Source: Candidatus Izemoplasmatales bacterium (lineage in GTDB: Bacteria > Bacillota_I > Bacilli_A > Izemoplasmatales > Hujiaoplasmataceae). From it: DNA of 64,000 bases. Position numbers and translations under genes: made by a program. Positions 48,652 to 58,556 of this stretch are shown one piece after another; positions within the stretch are counted from its first letter, which is position 1, and the number at the start of each line of letters is the position of its first letter. Location of the stretch: NCBI GenBank assembly GCA_050949045.1, contig JBMNEZ010000001.1:160001-224000 (forward strand), read 5' to 3'. The notes beneath the pieces were generated by a model. The model ran no database searches. It was given only the letters and a program-made list of their open reading frames with translations, and was not told the DNA's origin.

Positions 48652-49860
48652 ATGGATTTGACGGTTCTTTTTTATGTTGGGGTATTGATCGTTACCGGTC
48701 TTCTTTTTGGGAAGCTGGCAAAACTTGTCCGGCTCCCCAATGTCACTGGTTATCTCGTTGGTGGCTTATTGATCGGGCCCAGTGTTTTGAATTTAATCAA
48801 GGAATCCTATTTTGCCGGACTTGGGTTGGTTTCGGTCGTGGCGCTTGGCTTTATCGCCTTCTCGATTGGCAACGAACTCAAACTGTCATATTTCAAACGG
48901 GTTGGTACCAAACCGATCGTTATTGCCGTGATGGAATCTTTGTTCGCGGTAGTTTTTGTTTTCATTGCGTTAGTCATCTATTTTCTAATTACGGGAAGTC
49001 TTAACAATACGAATATCCGTTTTTCCCTCGTCCTGTCGGCAATCGCCGCGGCGACCGCCCCGGCGGCGACACTGATGGTTGTAAGACAATACAAGGCTAA
49101 AGGAGCCCTAACTGATACTTTGATGAGTGTCGTCGCCATCGATGATTCGGTCGCCATCGTCTTGTTCGGCATCTTGGTTGCCCTCGCCAATGCTTTGGCG
49201 CCTTCCGCGGCCTCGGAACCGTTGGTATTGCAAATCCTCATGCCGTTTTGGGAGATCTTCGCTTCACTGGGAATCGGGTGTGTCATCGGCTTGATTTTGA
49301 CACTCGGATGTCGCTTTTTCACTGGCAGGGGCAACCGCATCAGTCTGGTCATTGCCTCTGTGTTTTTGACGATTTACTTAGCCGATCTTGTGGGGGGATC
49401 CACGCTGCTTGCCGCGATGGCGCTTGGGACGATTTTTGCAAATCTGAGCAGGGAATACGAAGAAGTTAGCGAATTGGTCTCTTTTGTGACTCCCCCGATT
49501 TTCATCATGTTCTTTGTTTTGAGCGGAGCCGAACTGAATCTAGGAATATTGAAGATCGTGGGATTATTGGGCTTCATCTATATTATCAGCCGCGTTTGCG
49601 GTAAAATTTTCGGTGCTTGGTTTGGTGGGAAAATCACCAAGGCAGAAACAAAAATCACCAAATATCTTGGCTTTGCCTTGATTCCTCAGGCCGGAGTGGC
49701 TATCGGTCTAAGTTTGGTCGCGACCCAGGTATTAAATCCGGACATGGGGATGAGTATCAGGGCAATCGTCCTCGGGGCGACGCTTATTTATGAGTTGCTG
49801 GGACCGGTTGTGACCAAAGCGACATTACAGAAAGCCGGAGAGATCGAAAGCAGAAGCTGA
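48652..49860 (+). CDS. Cation:proton antiporter
   Basis: LPNVTGY, ATAPA, AIDD, FFVLSG, RVCGK and PQAGVAIGL motifs. Confidence 0.9.
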   Translation: MDLTVLFYVGVLIVTGLLFGKLAKLVRLPNVTGYLVGGLLIGPSVLNLIKESYFAGLGLVSVVALGFIAFSIGNELKLSYFKRVGTKPIVIAVMESLFAVVFVFIALVIYFLITGSLNNTNIRFSLVLSAIAAATAPAATLMVVRQYKAKGALTDTLMSVVAIDDSVAIVLFGILVALANALAPSAASEPLVLQILMPFWEIFASLGIGCVIGLILTLGCRFFTGRGNRISLVIASVFLTIYLADLVGGSTLLAAMALGTIFANLSREYEEVSELVSFVTPPIFIMFFVLSGAELNLGILKIVGLLGFIYIISRVCGKIFGAWFGGKITKAETKITKYLGFALIPQAGVAIGLSLVATQVLNPDMGMSIRAIVLGATLIYELLGPVVTKATLQKAGEIESRS

Positions 49861-49879
49861 TTCATCAGGGAGGTTAAAG

Positions 49880-50383
49880 ATGAAACTCGTATATATCGGT
49901 AAGATCGTTAATACTTGGGGACTTGATGGTTATGTGAAAGTCATCTCCGATACCGATTTCAAGGCTGAGCGCTATGATCAGAAAAATATCATCTATATTA
50001 AGACCGGTTCGAATTACGATAAGCAACAGATCGAAAGTTACAAACTGTCCAAAGGCTATGATCTTCTGAGATTCAAGGGCCTGGCCGATATCAACCTTGT
50101 CGAGAAATACAAAGGGAAAGAGCTGTATGTCGAGAAAAAACCCATCAAGGCCCAAATTGAAGGTGAGTATCATATCGATCAGATCGTCGGCTTGCCTGTT
50201 TTTCAGGGTGAAATGGAAGTTGGCGTGGTCAAAGATGTTAGAAGTTATCCTCAGAGCGACTATCTTGTCGTCTTGAAGCCCGATGGAAAAACAGCGCTGA
50301 TACCCTTTCTCGATGAATTTGTTCTTACCCTCGACCATGATCGGAAAATGATCAAAATCGTTGAAATGGAGGGTCTTCTGTGA
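49880..50383 (+). CDS. rimM: Ribosome maturation factor RimM
   Basis: IGKIVNTWGLDG and LIPF motifs; precedes trmD. Confidence 0.93.
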   Translation: MKLVYIGKIVNTWGLDGYVKVISDTDFKAERYDQKNIIYIKTGSNYDKQQIESYKLSKGYDLLRFKGLADINLVEKYKGKELYVEKKPIKAQIEGEYHIDQIVGLPVFQGEMEVGVVKDVRSYPQSDYLVVLKPDGKTALIPFLDEFVLTLDHDRKMIKIVEMEGLL

Positions 50384-51066
50384 AAATCACGGTTCTGACA
50401 TTATTTCCGGAATTGTTTACGGGTTTTCTCACAACTTCGATTATCAAAAGAGCTCAGAATGCCGGCATCATCATGATCGATGTTATCGATTTTCGTGAAT
50501 TCTCCACCAACAAACACAAACAAGTCGACGATTCGCCCTATGGGGGCGGTGCGGGCATGGTCATCTCGGTTGAACCGGTTCATCGCGCCCTTCAAAGCAT
50601 CGCTGATTATGATAAGGCGACAAAGATCCTGCTTTCTCCCCAGGGAGCGACATTCGATCAGACAACGGCGATCAGGCTGGCAAAGACGAAGCATCTGATT
50701 CTTATCGCCGGTCATTATGAGGGGTTCGATGAACGTTTATGTGCCTATGTCGATGAGGAATTATCGATTGGCGACTATGTCCTGACAGGGGGAGAATTGC
50801 CGGCGATGGTCGTGATCGATGCCGTCACCAGGATGCTTCCTGGAGTTCTCGGAAAAAGCGAATCATTTGAAAAAGATTCCTTTTACTCAGGGATGCTAGA
50901 TTACCCTCAATATACGCGTCCGTATGATTATTTAGGGATGAAGGTGCCCGATGTCCTCATCAGCGGCAACCATCAGGAAATCGAAAAATGGCGGAAGGAA
51001 GAAGCCCGAAAAAAGACCAAGATGAAGAGACCTGACCTTCTAAAGGAGCAAAAACAAAAAGATTGA
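50380..51066 (+). CDS. trmD: tRNA m1G37 methyltransferase
   Basis: VDDSPYGGGAGM, GHYEGFDER and SIGDYVLTGGE motifs. Confidence 0.96.
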   Translation: MKITVLTLFPELFTGFLTTSIIKRAQNAGIIMIDVIDFREFSTNKHKQVDDSPYGGGAGMVISVEPVHRALQSIADYDKATKILLSPQGATFDQTTAIRLAKTKHLILIAGHYEGFDERLCAYVDEELSIGDYVLTGGELPAMVVIDAVTRMLPGVLGKSESFEKDSFYSGMLDYPQYTRPYDYLGMKVPDVLISGNHQEIEKWRKEEARKKTKMKRPDLLKEQKQKD

Positions 51067-51120
51067 TTTCATTTTCTAAATATGATATAATTAACCCCGC
51101 TGTAAGAACGAGAAACAATT

Positions 51121-51153
51121 GCCGCATTCCGCTGGATTAGCCATGAATGCCGG
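51121..51153 (+). ncRNA. L19 (rplS) leader
   Basis: Stem GCATTC-CGCT-GG-attag-CC-AT-GAATGC directly upstream of the rplS SD, resembling the Firmicutes L19 leader. Confidence 0.65.
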
Positions 51154-51171
51154 AAAAAGGAGATGACCAAA

Positions 51172-51519
51172 ATGTCGCAGCAGATCATCGAAAAGGTGAC
51201 AAACGAGTTTATCAAAAACGACATCCCCGATTTTCGCCCCGGAGACACCGTCAAGGTGTCGGTGAAGATCAAAGAGGGAAACCGCCAGCGGATCCAAGTG
51301 TTTGAGGGTCTATGCATCAAGAGGCAGGGAGGCGGCGTCAGCGAGTCTTTCACAGTCCGGAAGATGTCCTATGGCGTCGGTGTCGAAAGAACTTTCCCGG
51401 TTCATTCGCCTTCCATCGACAAGATCGAGGTTGCTCGCAGAGGCAAGGTCAGACGCGCTCATCTTGGATATATTCGCGGTTTGTCGGCCAAAGCTTCACG
51501 CATCAAAGAAAAACGCTAA
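51172..51519 (+). CDS. rplS: 50S ribosomal protein L19
   Basis: FRPGDTV, RIQVFEG, GVERTFP and RGKVRRA motifs. Confidence 0.97.
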   Translation: MSQQIIEKVTNEFIKNDIPDFRPGDTVKVSVKIKEGNRQRIQVFEGLCIKRQGGGVSESFTVRKMSYGVGVERTFPVHSPSIDKIEVARRGKVRRAHLGYIRGLSAKASRIKEKR

Positions 51520-51527
51520 CAGGAACT

Positions 51528-51556
51528 TAAGACGATCTTCGGATCGTCTTTTTCCT
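51528..51556 (+). terminator. rplS terminator
   Basis: AAGACGATC-ttcg-GATCGTCTTTTT. Confidence 0.85.
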
Positions 51557-51626
51557 AAGAAAAATTCGAGGAAAACGCAAAAGATTAATCAGCGAATGAA
51601 AATTCTTTCATTTTATGGAGAAAACA

Positions 51627-51655
51627 TTGAAAAACGCTTTCATAAATGTTAGAAT
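51627..51655 (+). promoter_or_regulatory. ccpA promoter with an overlapping cre site
   Basis: TTGAAA-17 nt-(TG)TAGAAT; GAAAAACGCTTTCA at 51629-51642. Confidence 0.72.
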
Positions 51656-51691
51656 TATATGCAAGATCAACAGAAAGGGGGTGGGTTGACT

Positions 51692-52711
51692 ATGAACAAA
51701 GCGACCATCTACAATGTTGCCTACGCGGCCAATGTATCACTCGCTACGGTTTCTCGAACCTTGAACAATCCTCAAAAGGTTAAACCGGAAACCAGAGAAA
51801 GAGTCTTGCGTGTGATCAAAGAACTTGGTTATAAACCCAATGTTTTTGCAAAGGGACTGGCCAGCAAGAAGAGCACCACGGTCGGGGTGATTGTTCCCGA
51901 TATGTCCCGCGCCTCGATTGCGGAGATGCTTAATGGCATCAGCGTCGAAGCTAGGAAGTACAACTACTCTCTCCTATTGTATATTTTGATGGATGAAAAA
52001 GCGAATGAGCCCGAGATGCTTCGCGAGGTCGTTGCGAGCCAGGTCGACGGAATCCTCTATCTGAATGATGAGATCAACGAGGAACAATACGCCTTGCTCA
52101 ACATGATCCAAGACGAGTATAAGGTGCCGATCGTCCTCGCAAACACTCTTTACCCCTATGACAACAAACTCGTGACCGTCTGTATTGATTACTTCAAAGC
52201 TGCTTATGAACTAACGCAAAGGCTTGTTAATGAGGGACGTAAAAATATTTATTTGTTGACAACTGCACGAAAATACATGGTAAACGACCTCAAAGAGGAA
52301 GGCTATCTGAAAGCGATGAAGGAAGCCAATCTCGAACCTCACATTCTCAGGACCAGCGGCGATGTCTCGGTCAACACCGTTCATTTCAACGAATTGATTC
52401 AAGATTCGAAGACGAAGATCGATGGTGTAGTTGCCGTTCGGGATTCGATTGCGGTGTCGTTCATCAACTGCATGGTCGAAAAAGGCAAGAATGTTCCCTC
52501 CGACATCTCTGTCTACGGTTTTCAGAATACCAAGTACGCCTCGCTTTCCAGACCGAAACTCTCTTCAGTCGATATCCCGGTCATCGACATCGGGGCTAAA
52601 GCGATGGCATTTCTAAAGAATGAAATCGATGGCGACGCTGTTGAGGTCAAATTCAACGTCCTTCCTCATAGCATCATCGAACGCCAAACAACTAAATACG
52701 ACAAAGAATAA
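51692..52711 (+). CDS. ccpA: LacI-family regulator, CcpA-like
   Basis: TIYNVAYAANVSLATVSR, YKPNVFAKGLASKKSTTVGVI, QVDGI and RPKLSS motifs. Confidence 0.85.
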   Translation: MNKATIYNVAYAANVSLATVSRTLNNPQKVKPETRERVLRVIKELGYKPNVFAKGLASKKSTTVGVIVPDMSRASIAEMLNGISVEARKYNYSLLLYILMDEKANEPEMLREVVASQVDGILYLNDEINEEQYALLNMIQDEYKVPIVLANTLYPYDNKLVTVCIDYFKAAYELTQRLVNEGRKNIYLLTTARKYMVNDLKEEGYLKAMKEANLEPHILRTSGDVSVNTVHFNELIQDSKTKIDGVVAVRDSIAVSFINCMVEKGKNVPSDISVYGFQNTKYASLSRPKLSSVDIPVIDIGAKAMAFLKNEIDGDAVEVKFNVLPHSIIERQTTKYDKE

Positions 52712-52910
52712 GATCCAGTAAAAGCGATGCTTGCCTTTTAGAGACCCGGCGGCTGGTGCAAGCCGGGGGAAGTGACGCTTTGAATTACGCTTATTCTGTC
52801 TCCGCAATGATGCGGACGGTCAAGCCGTTATCCTTGTAAGCGCACCAAATCGGTGAATTAAGGTGGTACCGCGGTTTTCAATCGTCCTTTTATATGGGCG
52901 ATTTTTATTT
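52705..52910 (+). ncRNA. T-box riboswitch (Tyr)
   Basis: AGAGA and GGTG motifs; specifier TAC at 52786-52788; AAGGTGGTACCGCG T-box; terminator at 52880-52910. Confidence 0.92.
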
Positions 52911-52936
52911 AGATAACAAGGAAAGGAAGATCATCT

Positions 52937-54175
52937 ATGAGTTTGATCGCGGATTTAAAATATAGAGAACTGATCTATGGGATGACCGATCCCGATCTGG
53001 AAAAGGCTCTTGACAAAGAGAAACTGGTCTTTTATATGGGGGTCGATCCCACGGCAGACAGTCTTCATATTGGGCATCTTTTGGCATGTTTGGTCGCAAA
53101 AAGATTGGGGAAACATGGCCATAAGCCCATCATAGTGATCGGTGGCGGTACAGGATTGATCGGCGATCCCAGTTTCCGCGCCCAGGAAAGGGCGTTATTG
53201 ACGATTGAGGCTTCGCTCAAAAATGCCGAAGGGATCACAAAACAGGTCAAGAAATTGTTGCCTGAGGCAACTGTCGTCAACAACTACGAATGGTTGTCAT
53301 CTTTGAATGCGATCGAGTTTCTCCGCGATATCGGCAAGCATTTCAACATCGCATATATGGTTGCTAAAGAGAGCGTCAAATCGCGGATCGAGACGGGGCT
53401 TTCGTTTACGGAATTCTCATATCAGATCATTCAGGCATGGGACTTCGAGCATCTGTTTAACAACTATGGTTGTTCTCTCCAAATCGGCGGCCAAGACCAG
53501 TGGGGCAACATCACCTCTGGCATGGAGTTGATCCGCAAGATCCACGGATCCGACAGCAAGGCCTATGGGTTGACCTTCCCGCTGGTGACAAGAGCGGACG
53601 GGACGAAATTCGGCAAAAGTGATGGCAGTAATCTCTGGTTAGATTCAAACAAATCATCGCCCTATGAGTTCTATCAATTTTGGATCAACACCGCCGATGA
53701 TGATGTGATTCAAAGGTTGAAACAATATACCTTTCTTGACAAGAAGGACATCGAAAACCTTGCCAAACAAGTCCTTGAATCACCGCATGAACGTCTCGCA
53801 CAAAAGACTCTCGCCAAGGAACTGACTACCTTTGTCCATGGCGAGGAAGCTTGTCAGGAGGCCATCAAGATCTCGGAAGCACTGTTCTCCGGAGAAATCC
53901 ATACGTTGTCAAAAGCAGAAATCACGACGGGCTTTAAAAATCTGATCGATGTCACTCTAGATTCTGAATGCCCTTTGGTTGAGTTGATGCTCGATCTTGG
54001 ACTGGCAGCCTCAAAACGGGAGGCACGAGAACTTATTCAAAACGGAGCCCTTAATGTGAACGGCAAAAAAATCACAGATTTGAACTATATCGTGGAAAAA
54101 GCCAATGCGATTGAATCGACCTATACCGTCATCAAAAAGGGGAAAAAAGCCTTTGCGATCGTCAAACACGCATAA
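52937..54175 (+). CDS. tyrS: Tyrosyl-tRNA synthetase
   Basis: DPTADSLHIGH, QIGGQDQWGN, KFGKS and C-terminal S4-like domain. Confidence 0.97.
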   Translation: MSLIADLKYRELIYGMTDPDLEKALDKEKLVFYMGVDPTADSLHIGHLLACLVAKRLGKHGHKPIIVIGGGTGLIGDPSFRAQERALLTIEASLKNAEGITKQVKKLLPEATVVNNYEWLSSLNAIEFLRDIGKHFNIAYMVAKESVKSRIETGLSFTEFSYQIIQAWDFEHLFNNYGCSLQIGGQDQWGNITSGMELIRKIHGSDSKAYGLTFPLVTRADGTKFGKSDGSNLWLDSNKSSPYEFYQFWINTADDDVIQRLKQYTFLDKKDIENLAKQVLESPHERLAQKTLAKELTTFVHGEEACQEAIKISEALFSGEIHTLSKAEITTGFKNLIDVTLDSECPLVELMLDLGLAASKREARELIQNGALNVNGKKITDLNYIVEKANAIESTYTVIKKGKKAFAIVKHA

Positions 54176-54176
54176 T

Positions 54177-54204
54177 AAAAGCCGGAAATCGTTACCGGCT
54201 TTTT
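54177..54204. terminator. Bidirectional terminator
   Basis: AAAAGCCGG / CCGGCTTTTT. Confidence 0.75.
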
Positions 54205-54211
54205 ACTAGAT

Positions 54212-56350
54212 TTATTCCCGTTCGCGCCTTTTAGAGTATAAGTATCGAGTTTGATAAATGATGCGAAGAGCATTAAAGATGCAAAGAAGCGCCACTCCGA
54301 CATCCGCAAAGATCGATAACCACATGAACATGAAGCCAAGAGCCGACAAAACCATAGAGATGATTTTGACGATCAAGGAGAAAGCGATGTTTTGTTTGGT
54401 GATGCTGCTGGTTCGTTTGGCGATCCGGATTGCTTTGTCGAGCAGGCGAATGTCATTATTGATGATGACGACATCTGAGACTTCAATTGCCAGATCGCTG
54501 GCAGAACCCATGGAGACGCCGATATCGGCGTTTTTCAGAAGCGGAGCGTCATTGATGCCATCACCGACATAAAGGCTGATCGAATTGGTGCGGATTTGAT
54601 CAAACTTCTCTAATTTTTGTTCGGGGAGCAATTCGGCATAGTATTCGATTCCCCCCAGTTTGGCAGCGATGTCGGCGGCGGAATCCTCGTTGTCCCCCGT
54701 CAACATCACCGTGTCATAATACTTGGTGAATTCTCTAACGGTTGCTATTGATGTTTCCCTTAGCTCATCCTTGACAACGATATACCCCAAATATTGATCT
54801 GCATTTCCAAGGAAGGTATATGATCCGACAGGCAATTTTTCATCGGTTACGCTGATTCCGTTGGAAACCAAGAATCTCCGTGAACCCGCAAAATACCAGA
54901 CTCCGTCATGTTTGGCCTTGATACCGTATCCGGGGACTTCTTCGATGTCGCTAACCTCTAAAAGGGGCAATTGGTTTTTTTCGACGATCGCTTTTGCGAT
55001 TGGGTGGGACGAGTATCTTTCAATCGACGCGGCTAGTCTCAGTACCTCATCGTTTGTGTATTCCGTGACGAAAAAGGAGCCGTATGTCAGGGTGCCTGTC
55101 TTGTCAAGGGCAATTGTCTTGACATCGGTGATTGCATTTAGATAAGCGGAACCTTTGAAAAGAATGCCGTTCTTGGCGGCGACGCCGATGCCGGCATAAT
55201 ATGACAAAGGTATCGACAAAACCAATGAACAGGGACAGGAAATGACCAGAAAAGTCGCTGCACGGTAAATATATCCGGAATCGGTCGTGACATTGGCCGG
55301 GTCAAAGATCAAACCATAGATAACTAGCAAAGCGGCTAGCGCCACGACGATAGGCGTATAGATTTTGGCGAATTTAGAGATAAACATTTCAGTTTTTGAT
55401 TTTTTGATAGTTGAGTTTTCGATCAGGTCGATGACTCTGGCGAGTGTCGATTCAGAGTATGGCTTTGTCGTCTTGATATGGATGACATTGCCTACATTGA
55501 TGTTCCCGCTTAGAATCTCGTCGCCGATGTCCACATTTTTCAGATTGGCTTCGCCGGTTAATTCGCTGGTATTCAGACTTGTCGAGCCTTTGACGACGAT
55601 GCCGTCAATCGGGACACGCTCTCCGTTCTTGACGACAATCACTTCACCGACCATAACTCTTGTCGGATCCTTGACAACCATCTTTTCGCCTTCAAGAACA
55701 TTGGCGTACTCGACCTTGATGTTGACGAGAGATGTGATTTCTTTTCGTGATCTGGCTATGGCATGATTTTGTAGGAATTCACCGATGGAATAAAGAATAA
55801 CGACAGCGATGCTTTCTTCGTGCTTGCCGACAAACATCGCCGCGAAAGTGGCGATGATCATCAAAGTGCTTTCATTAAAAAAATTGAAATGTTTGATTCC
55901 GCGGGCCTGAGCAACCAGCAATTTAGATATCAACAACAGATACCCCAGCCAGTAAAGCAAGGTCGTTATCCAATGGTCATACAGTTCATAGTTGGTGCCT
56001 AAGATGGCGTTGATTACCTGAGGTATCCGGTATGCGGCAAAAGTGTATAGAATAAGCAGCATTCCGATCAGCACAACCAAGTATTCTTTCAAAAAATTCG
56101 GCTTCTTGTCGTTAGTGGTTTTTGCATCGTAATATCTGGTTATGATGTTGTCCTCAAGCAAATCAACGATTTCCTTGATTTCCTTTAGGGCAATATCCAC
56201 ATCATAATCATCCTTGAAATCAACAAGCAGAGTTTGATTTGCGAAATTGAAACTGGCACTGTTCACATAAGGAAGACGAGCGACACGCCGTTCAATTTTG
56301 GCGATGCAATTGGCACAGGACAGATTCTTCATTTCGATTATTCGTATCAT
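54212..56350 (-). CDS. P1B-type heavy-metal ATPase (CadA/ZntA-like); exact start uncertain
   Basis: HMA CANC, TGE, CPC, DKTGT, HP and GDGINDAP motifs. Confidence 0.93.
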   Translation of the reverse strand: MIRIIEMKNLSCANCIAKIERRVARLPYVNSASFNFANQTLLVDFKDDYDVDIALKEIKEIVDLLEDNIITRYYDAKTTNDKKPNFLKEYLVVLIGMLLILYTFAAYRIPQVINAILGTNYELYDHWITTLLYWLGYLLLISKLLVAQARGIKHFNFFNESTLMIIATFAAMFVGKHEESIAVVILYSIGEFLQNHAIARSRKEITSLVNIKVEYANVLEGEKMVVKDPTRVMVGEVIVVKNGERVPIDGIVVKGSTSLNTSELTGEANLKNVDIGDEILSGNINVGNVIHIKTTKPYSESTLARVIDLIENSTIKKSKTEMFISKFAKIYTPIVVALAALLVIYGLIFDPANVTTDSGYIYRAATFLVISCPCSLVLSIPLSYYAGIGVAAKNGILFKGSAYLNAITDVKTIALDKTGTLTYGSFFVTEYTNDEVLRLAASIERYSSHPIAKAIVEKNQLPLLEVSDIEEVPGYGIKAKHDGVWYFAGSRRFLVSNGISVTDEKLPVGSYTFLGNADQYLGYIVVKDELRETSIATVREFTKYYDTVMLTGDNEDSAADIAAKLGGIEYYAELLPEQKLEKFDQIRTNSISLYVGDGINDAPLLKNADIGVSMGSASDLAIEVSDVVIINNDIRLLDKAIRIAKRTSSITKQNIAFSLIVKIISMVLSALGFMFMWLSIFADVGVALLCIFNALRIIYQTRYLYSKRRERE

Positions 56351-56374
56351 CGTTAACACCTGAGTTTATAGATG

Positions 56375-56439
56375 AGAGCATTCTATGAATGCTCTTGAAT
56401 GTTATACAAACATTATACTTTATTTTTGGTTAAAGTCAA
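56375..56439 (-). promoter_or_regulatory. Promoter and inverted-repeat operator of the P1B ATPase
   Basis: Minus strand TTGACT-16 nt-TATAAT; AGAGCATTC-tat-GAATGCTCT at 56375-56395. Confidence 0.6.
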
Positions 56440-56544
56440 TTAGCCTCGCTGCTATTGTCATGGAAAATCAGATGTCTCGTTCAGGGTTTTGGCTTTGACT
56501 TCCGCTTATGGTATGATAAAATAATAACAGTGAGGAGTGATGTC

Positions 56545-57903
56545 ATGGATTGGTTGAAAGAAGCCCAAAAAGCAAGGCGCGAATACTTGGATAAAACAAA
56601 TAAATTGCTTAAGATTCCAACTGTGCTTGAAAAATTTGACGAAAGTAATTACGATGCGCCTTTTGGAGCACCGATCCGCGATGCTCTCGATTTGATGCTG
56701 GAATATGGCAAAAAAGATGGCTTCATCACGAAAAACATCGACAATTACGCCGGGCACATTGAAATGGGCGAAGGCGATGAAGTGGTCGGCATCCTCGGCC
56801 ATCTTGACGTTGTCCCAGCAGGTGAGAAATGGACCTATCCGCCATTTGCGGCTTCGCTTGTGGATGGGAAAGTCTATGCCAGGGGTGCGATGGACGACAA
56901 AGGCCCAACCATGGCCGCCTATATGGCGATGAAACTCGTCAAAGACAGCGGTATTGTTCTCAATAAGAAAGTCCGTTTGATTCTTGGCTGTGATGAGGAA
57001 TCGGGGATGCGTTGCATCAATAGATATCTTGAAGTGGAAAAGATGCCCGATCTTGGGTTCGCTCCCGACGCTGAATTTCCCCTGATCTATGGCGAAAAAG
57101 GCATCTACAGTTTTGATATTGTGGGCAATGTATCCGATGATTTGATCATCTCAATCAACGCTGGAGACCGCTATAATGTCGTTCCGGAAAGCTGCGAAGT
57201 TGTCCTAAGCAAAGATCTGAGGCGTGAATTTACCGAGTATCTTGCCTTGAACAATTACCAAGGCGAGATCAAGGGCGATAAGTATGTGATCTATGGCAAA
57301 AGTGCCCACGCTGCCTGGCCACATCTTGGCCTCAACGCTATCTTCTTGATGGTTGACTTTTTGAAGCGCCATACCAAGAGCCCTTTGGTCAGTTTTCTCG
57401 ACAACTATTTTCTCTTTGACACACTAGGCAGAAAAATCGGCATTGACCACAATGATGCGGAAATGAAGGAATTAACGCTAAATTTAGCGAAAATCAACTT
57501 TGTGGATGAAGAGTTCCGGATCGGCTGTAATATCCGCTACCCCAAGGGCTATGATTTTGAAAAAGGGCGCCGCCTGATTGGCAAAGCCGCTAAGTCGATG
57601 GGGTTTGAGGTCATTGATCTGCGTAATTCTCCATTCCACTATGTTTCGCCAAAAGATGAGTTGGTTTTGAAACTGCATCAGGCGTATATCAAATACACCG
57701 GCGATGACAAATCGCCTTTGATCACGATCGGCGGCGGAACATATGCCCGTATGCTGAAAAAAGCTGTCGCTTTTGGGGCAAGTTTTCCGGGGCAGGTCGA
57801 TCTCGCGCACCAACCGGATGAATATCTGATTATCGACGATATGTTGAAAGCGATTGCGATCTATGCGGAAAGCATTGTTCTTTTGGCGGGAAAGAGAGAC
57901 TGA
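56545..57903 (+). CDS. pepV: M20 dipeptidase PepV
   Basis: GHLDVVP, RGAMDDKGP, GCDEESG, PDAEFP and GGGTYAR motifs. Confidence 0.92.
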   Translation: MDWLKEAQKARREYLDKTNKLLKIPTVLEKFDESNYDAPFGAPIRDALDLMLEYGKKDGFITKNIDNYAGHIEMGEGDEVVGILGHLDVVPAGEKWTYPPFAASLVDGKVYARGAMDDKGPTMAAYMAMKLVKDSGIVLNKKVRLILGCDEESGMRCINRYLEVEKMPDLGFAPDAEFPLIYGEKGIYSFDIVGNVSDDLIISINAGDRYNVVPESCEVVLSKDLRREFTEYLALNNYQGEIKGDKYVIYGKSAHAAWPHLGLNAIFLMVDFLKRHTKSPLVSFLDNYFLFDTLGRKIGIDHNDAEMKELTLNLAKINFVDEEFRIGCNIRYPKGYDFEKGRRLIGKAAKSMGFEVIDLRNSPFHYVSPKDELVLKLHQAYIKYTGDDKSPLITIGGGTYARMLKKAVAFGASFPGQVDLAHQPDEYLIIDDMLKAIAIYAESIVLLAGKRD

Positions 57904-58556
57904 TGCGGTTAAGAAAAGTCAAATACGCTCCCATGTTGTTGTCGGCGAATCCACGGTTTGTCGTCAATGATCCTTTGTCTTTTCGGGGAAGATGGGCACA
58001 AGCTTTCCCCAATCACAACCAATGTCTTCATCTGGAGATCGGTTGCGGTAAGGGCAAGTTCATCACGGAGATGGCCAAACGTCATCCGGATCTCAATTTC
58101 ATCGCTCTTGAGAGGTTTGATTCGGTACTCGTCAGAGTGCTCGAAAAACTCATCAAGGATCCGCTTGACAATCTTTTGCTTGTGTGCGCTGACGCGGAAC
58201 AACTTCCATTGATGTTTTCAAAAGACGAGATCACAGGTCTGTATTTGAATTTTCCTGATCCCTGGCCTAAAAGGAGGCAGGCAAAGAAACGCCTGACCAC
58301 CACCAAGTTTTTGGATATGTATAGCGAGATCATGGCGGATAAGGGCATCATCAGATACAAAACCGATGATTTTGGTTTCTATCATTATTCACTCTTGTCT
58401 TTCAACAAACACCCATCGCTATGCATTACCCGTCAAAGCCTCGATCTCGCCAATAGCGACATCGATAACATCACGACCGAGTTTGAAGAGCGGTTTCAAA
58501 AACTGGGAAAACCGATCTTCTATCTTGAGGCCGTCAATCGAAGGAGGCTGCCTTGA
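57903..58556 (+). CDS. trmB: tRNA m7G46 methyltransferase
   Basis: LEIGCGKG, NFPDPWPK, KTDD and TEFE motifs. Confidence 0.95.
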   Translation: MRLRKVKYAPMLLSANPRFVVNDPLSFRGRWAQAFPNHNQCLHLEIGCGKGKFITEMAKRHPDLNFIALERFDSVLVRVLEKLIKDPLDNLLLVCADAEQLPLMFSKDEITGLYLNFPDPWPKRRQAKKRLTTTKFLDMYSEIMADKGIIRYKTDDFGFYHYSLLSFNKHPSLCITRQSLDLANSDIDNITTEFEERFQKLGKPIFYLEAVNRRRLP

